From Azolla caroliniana (taxonomy: Eukaryota; Plantae; Polypodiophyta), in the NCBI GenBank assembly GCA_043228905.1, contig JBHGNT010000007.1, positions 21,824,001 to 21,888,000 of the forward strand: a stretch of 64,000 bases of DNA, read 5' to 3'. How positions within the stretch are numbered: position 1 is the first letter of the stretch; every line of letters begins with the position of its first letter. Of the stretch, positions 61,001 to 64,000 are shown piece after piece. The position numbers and the translations under genes were made by a program. The notes beneath the pieces were generated by a model, which worked only from the letters and a program-made list of their open reading frames with translations, ran no database searches and was not told the origin of the DNA.

Positions 61001-62512
61001 TCACCAGATCATGGAGATCATTGCTCGCCATCTCAAACCCACACGGGGACACTCAAATGCACATGCTGGACTTTGTCATAGTTTCACTTCACTGCACCAA
61101 CCAGCCTTGGTTACAGAATATCAACAAGAGCCTCTTATCGTTGTCTCAATATATATTGAAAAGTCTTTCGCATGTTTTCATATGCCATGGGAAAGGTGTT
61201 GAGTGTGTCATTACCTCTATATGCACAATTTGGTAAGGCAAAGAGCCTGAGTCAAATGAGGAGACTCAAATATCGGATGCAAGTTGTTAGAAATATTGAG
61301 AATCGATTAGATAGGTATATAGAGTTACAATCACAGAGATGGATATATGAAAACAAAACTTCTATTACATATGAGAGTAGCTCACAATGGTAGTTCACCC
61401 ATGCGCTCACACCTTAGAGCTTAGATGGGATCTGGACCAACTCACTACAAAATTAGTGGGGACCGATGATCATCACACCACTGTGTAAGAGAGTGGATTA
61501 TATTCTCTATTTGGTCTGAGTGTAACATTAAATGTGCATGTCAGTTGATAGTAGTGGAGATATTCCTTTTCTATCAACTAACTTGTCATTTAATATGACC
61601 CAGCTCCCTAGATACAAGCTAGTTCTAGATAGTACTTATCTTAAAGTCAATGGCACATACTTCAAGACTAAGTACATCGTAACTTGCCTACAAAATATTC
61701 TTCTAGTTGACTTGATTAGCCAATCCTATTAGCCTACTTCGCTCTTTCCTAAAGACATTGTGTCCTACGCATCTACGGTTTCCTAGATTGACACCTTGTT
61801 GGCCCATATGGTTGAGTTGCACAATAGCTACTCCTCATTTGGGGCGCTATCACAAAATGTGCACTCTAAGAGTACATATGGGGTTAGATTTACAACTTGG
61901 GGTTGATCATTGATTATATCTAACACAAGTAGCCTCATGTAAGCTATGGTTGGTGTAACAAAAGACATTGTATTTGTGGTTGGAGTTGTGCACCAGTATA
62001 TAGAAGATCTTGTTTGTAAACATTGGGACTAATGAAGGATATATTTGTTTCCATATATATCTAACTTGAGAATCCCACATGTGCCGAAAACCAGATTCTT
62101 TAGTCTCTTTTTATTTTATTCACTTTTATATTTACTTCTTGTCCTCAAAGACCAGACAACACTTAAGATGTAGTCTCTTGTTTGGCTTTATAGGCCATTT
62201 AAGCCTCTTAAAAGACATTAATATATATATATATATTTCTTTCTTTCATAGACATGTGTTTCCAGATTATGTAGCAGATACACAGATTCCATTTTTGCAA
62301 GAAATGCTAATAACAGGAGATTCACATCACACAATCTGCTCACATTGTCTGCGCCATTTTATGAATATCTCATGAACAGATGTGTGCTGCCTCATCTAGA
62401 GATGAGGTGGAGCACATTGTTGCAACCAAGGGATGTCAGTAAGATATATGGCGTGGCCGCCTTGTGAGAGATTTGGATACCATCATGTATTTGAAACTAG
62501 AACAATACTTAC

Positions 62513-62621
62513 CATGATCACCAGGGGTATTCGTGTCATCAATATCTATTCTTTGAGTTCTCTCATTGTTTGATTGGCATTCAGCTTTCCTTGCTTGATA
62601 ATTACAACCTTCATTTCCATT
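62513..62621 (-). CDS. CFAP61: CFAP61 probable linker exon
   Basis: ATGCAG acceptor and G/GTAAGT donor; phases fit both neighbours; little recognisable homology. Confidence 0.6.
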
Positions 62622-62729
62622 CTGCATTTAACAAGTCTAGATATCAATCATCCCAAGAAGGAATAATAAAAAAATCATCAATTATGTGTACATTAAACCC
62701 ATGAAAAAGAGATCAGTATTCCAATTAAC

Positions 62730-62834
62730 CTCAGTAGAAATCAACCCATTATAAGTATCTAGTTGAAAATGGGTTAGAATTTTGGAATCCAATGCTCCTG
62801 TCACGGCGATCATACCAACTGGTTTACTGTCAAC
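62730..62834 (-). CDS. CFAP61: CFAP61 exon (N-terminal domain); gene continues upstream
   Basis: VDSKPVGMIAVTG...HFQLDTYNGL resembles the CFAP61 VG(F/M)...F.L..(F/Y).GL motif; TGGCAG acceptor, GAG/GT donor. Confidence 0.75.
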
Positions 62835-62957
62835 CTGCCAAAACGTGTTTAAACAAATATGGCAAAAGTAGGGATCAATATAGGATATTAGACATCACTT
62901 TAAGTCTCATAAAGCCATATGGCTAAGAAGAATCGTGAAAATATGAGAAAGGCCTAC

Positions 62958-62995
62958 AGGTTCTTCATTTTGATGAATTAGGGCAGCATGCCTAC
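62958..62995 (-). CDS. CFAP61: Possible small CFAP61 exon
   Basis: GTATAG acceptor, RHAALIHQNEEP, CCT/GTAGGC donor, phase 0 into the next exon; weak support. Confidence 0.35.
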
Positions 62996-64000
62996 CTATA
63001 CAAAACAACATATTCAATTGTCACCTACTAATCGATAGGGAATACTTAAAAAAGACATCAACCCTACCTAGGCACTTCAATGTTTCTCATGTAAGGTTCT
63101 TGAAGTACACTACCAATTAATTATGTTCATAAAGATGTTCCATAAATTTCTCTATGGAAGCCACCCACATATGCCAAGCTGCCATGCACTACCAATGATT
63201 CCTCATCTCTCGGAGTATTAGATATGGTGAAATAAGGATAATACTGATTGATTGTAACTATGCAGTAAAATAAACTCAAGAGTTAAATTAGAATTTCAAA
63301 TATATCATAGAGTAAATATAATGGTTGATGCAACTGATTACCTCAGATAATGACTAAAAACTGTGAGCTAAGGGACTGATGATACTATATTTTTTTATGG
63401 ACGTCAAATGTAGTGTAACAGTGAGAATATAGACGGCTGACACGATTCTTACACCTTCAATTGCGGTGTAACAGTAAATTCATTAGCTGCTGCCTCCAAA
63501 CTTCCCCTAACTTTGAGAACGAAGGGCTACCTTCCACGTATAGCCTAATCGACATGGCAGACTCCACAATGAATGGTCTCAGCATCACTTCTTCTGTTTA
63601 AATGAGATACTTAATGCTACCTTATATGGAACCCTTTCAAAACTGAACCTTGGTTTGGTGGGTAAATTTCATGGGAGCTGTGTATTTGAGCCAGCTATAG
63701 TTTGTCACTTTGAGAGAAGTTTGAAATATCTCATATACACGGAAATCAAATGAATGCATGTTATATTCTTAGTTAAATCAATAGCTAGCTTCAAAAACCT
63801 AGCTATTCAATTTGCATTCATCTTAGTTTATTATGCTTTGACCTGATGACCATCAAAGGCATAGTTTAATAATCAAATACTAGCATGCATATATATATTC
63901 CGCAAGAAAAATAAGAAATTATATCCTATGAAAATAAATGGAAGAAATCATATAGCCCAATCAGTCAATTGTGCCTACTATTCCTCTCTTGAGAGCGTTT

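Noticed and set aside
63340-63600. Further CFAP61 exon ending at the GAG/GTAATC donor (63342)
   Set aside because: In-frame stops in the required phases; the upstream exon structure could not be resolved

Overview
Eukaryotic nuclear DNA from a land plant with flagellated sperm (a CFAP61 gene and a Tcn1-like chromovirus point to a fern or other seed-free plant; this is inference). The first ~36 kb is a transposon stack. A young Ty1/copia element (minus strand, cut by the window edge) sits in an older LTR element. An L1-type LINE (minus strand, ~7.2-24 kb) is interrupted by a Ty3/gypsy chromovirus (9129-14418) and an intact Ty1/copia (17795-23298). There are also solo LTRs, hAT-type MITEs and a second decayed L1 (~30-36.4 kb). 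Three host genes can be assembled with phase-consistent GT-AG introns: a peroxisomal DHNA-CoA thioesterase (DHNAT-like, +), a GRP7/8-like glycine-rich RNA-binding protein (-) with an evening element and G-box promoter, and the 3' part of CFAP61 (-). The most interesting signal is in the gypsy element. It has no tRNA primer site but shows an exact 11-nt Tf1-style self-priming match, a U3/R hairpin over the same 11-mer, and a -1 frameshift cassette. A nearby solo LTR repeats the hairpin/start-site geometry with a different 11-mer. All alignments and counts were made by eye.
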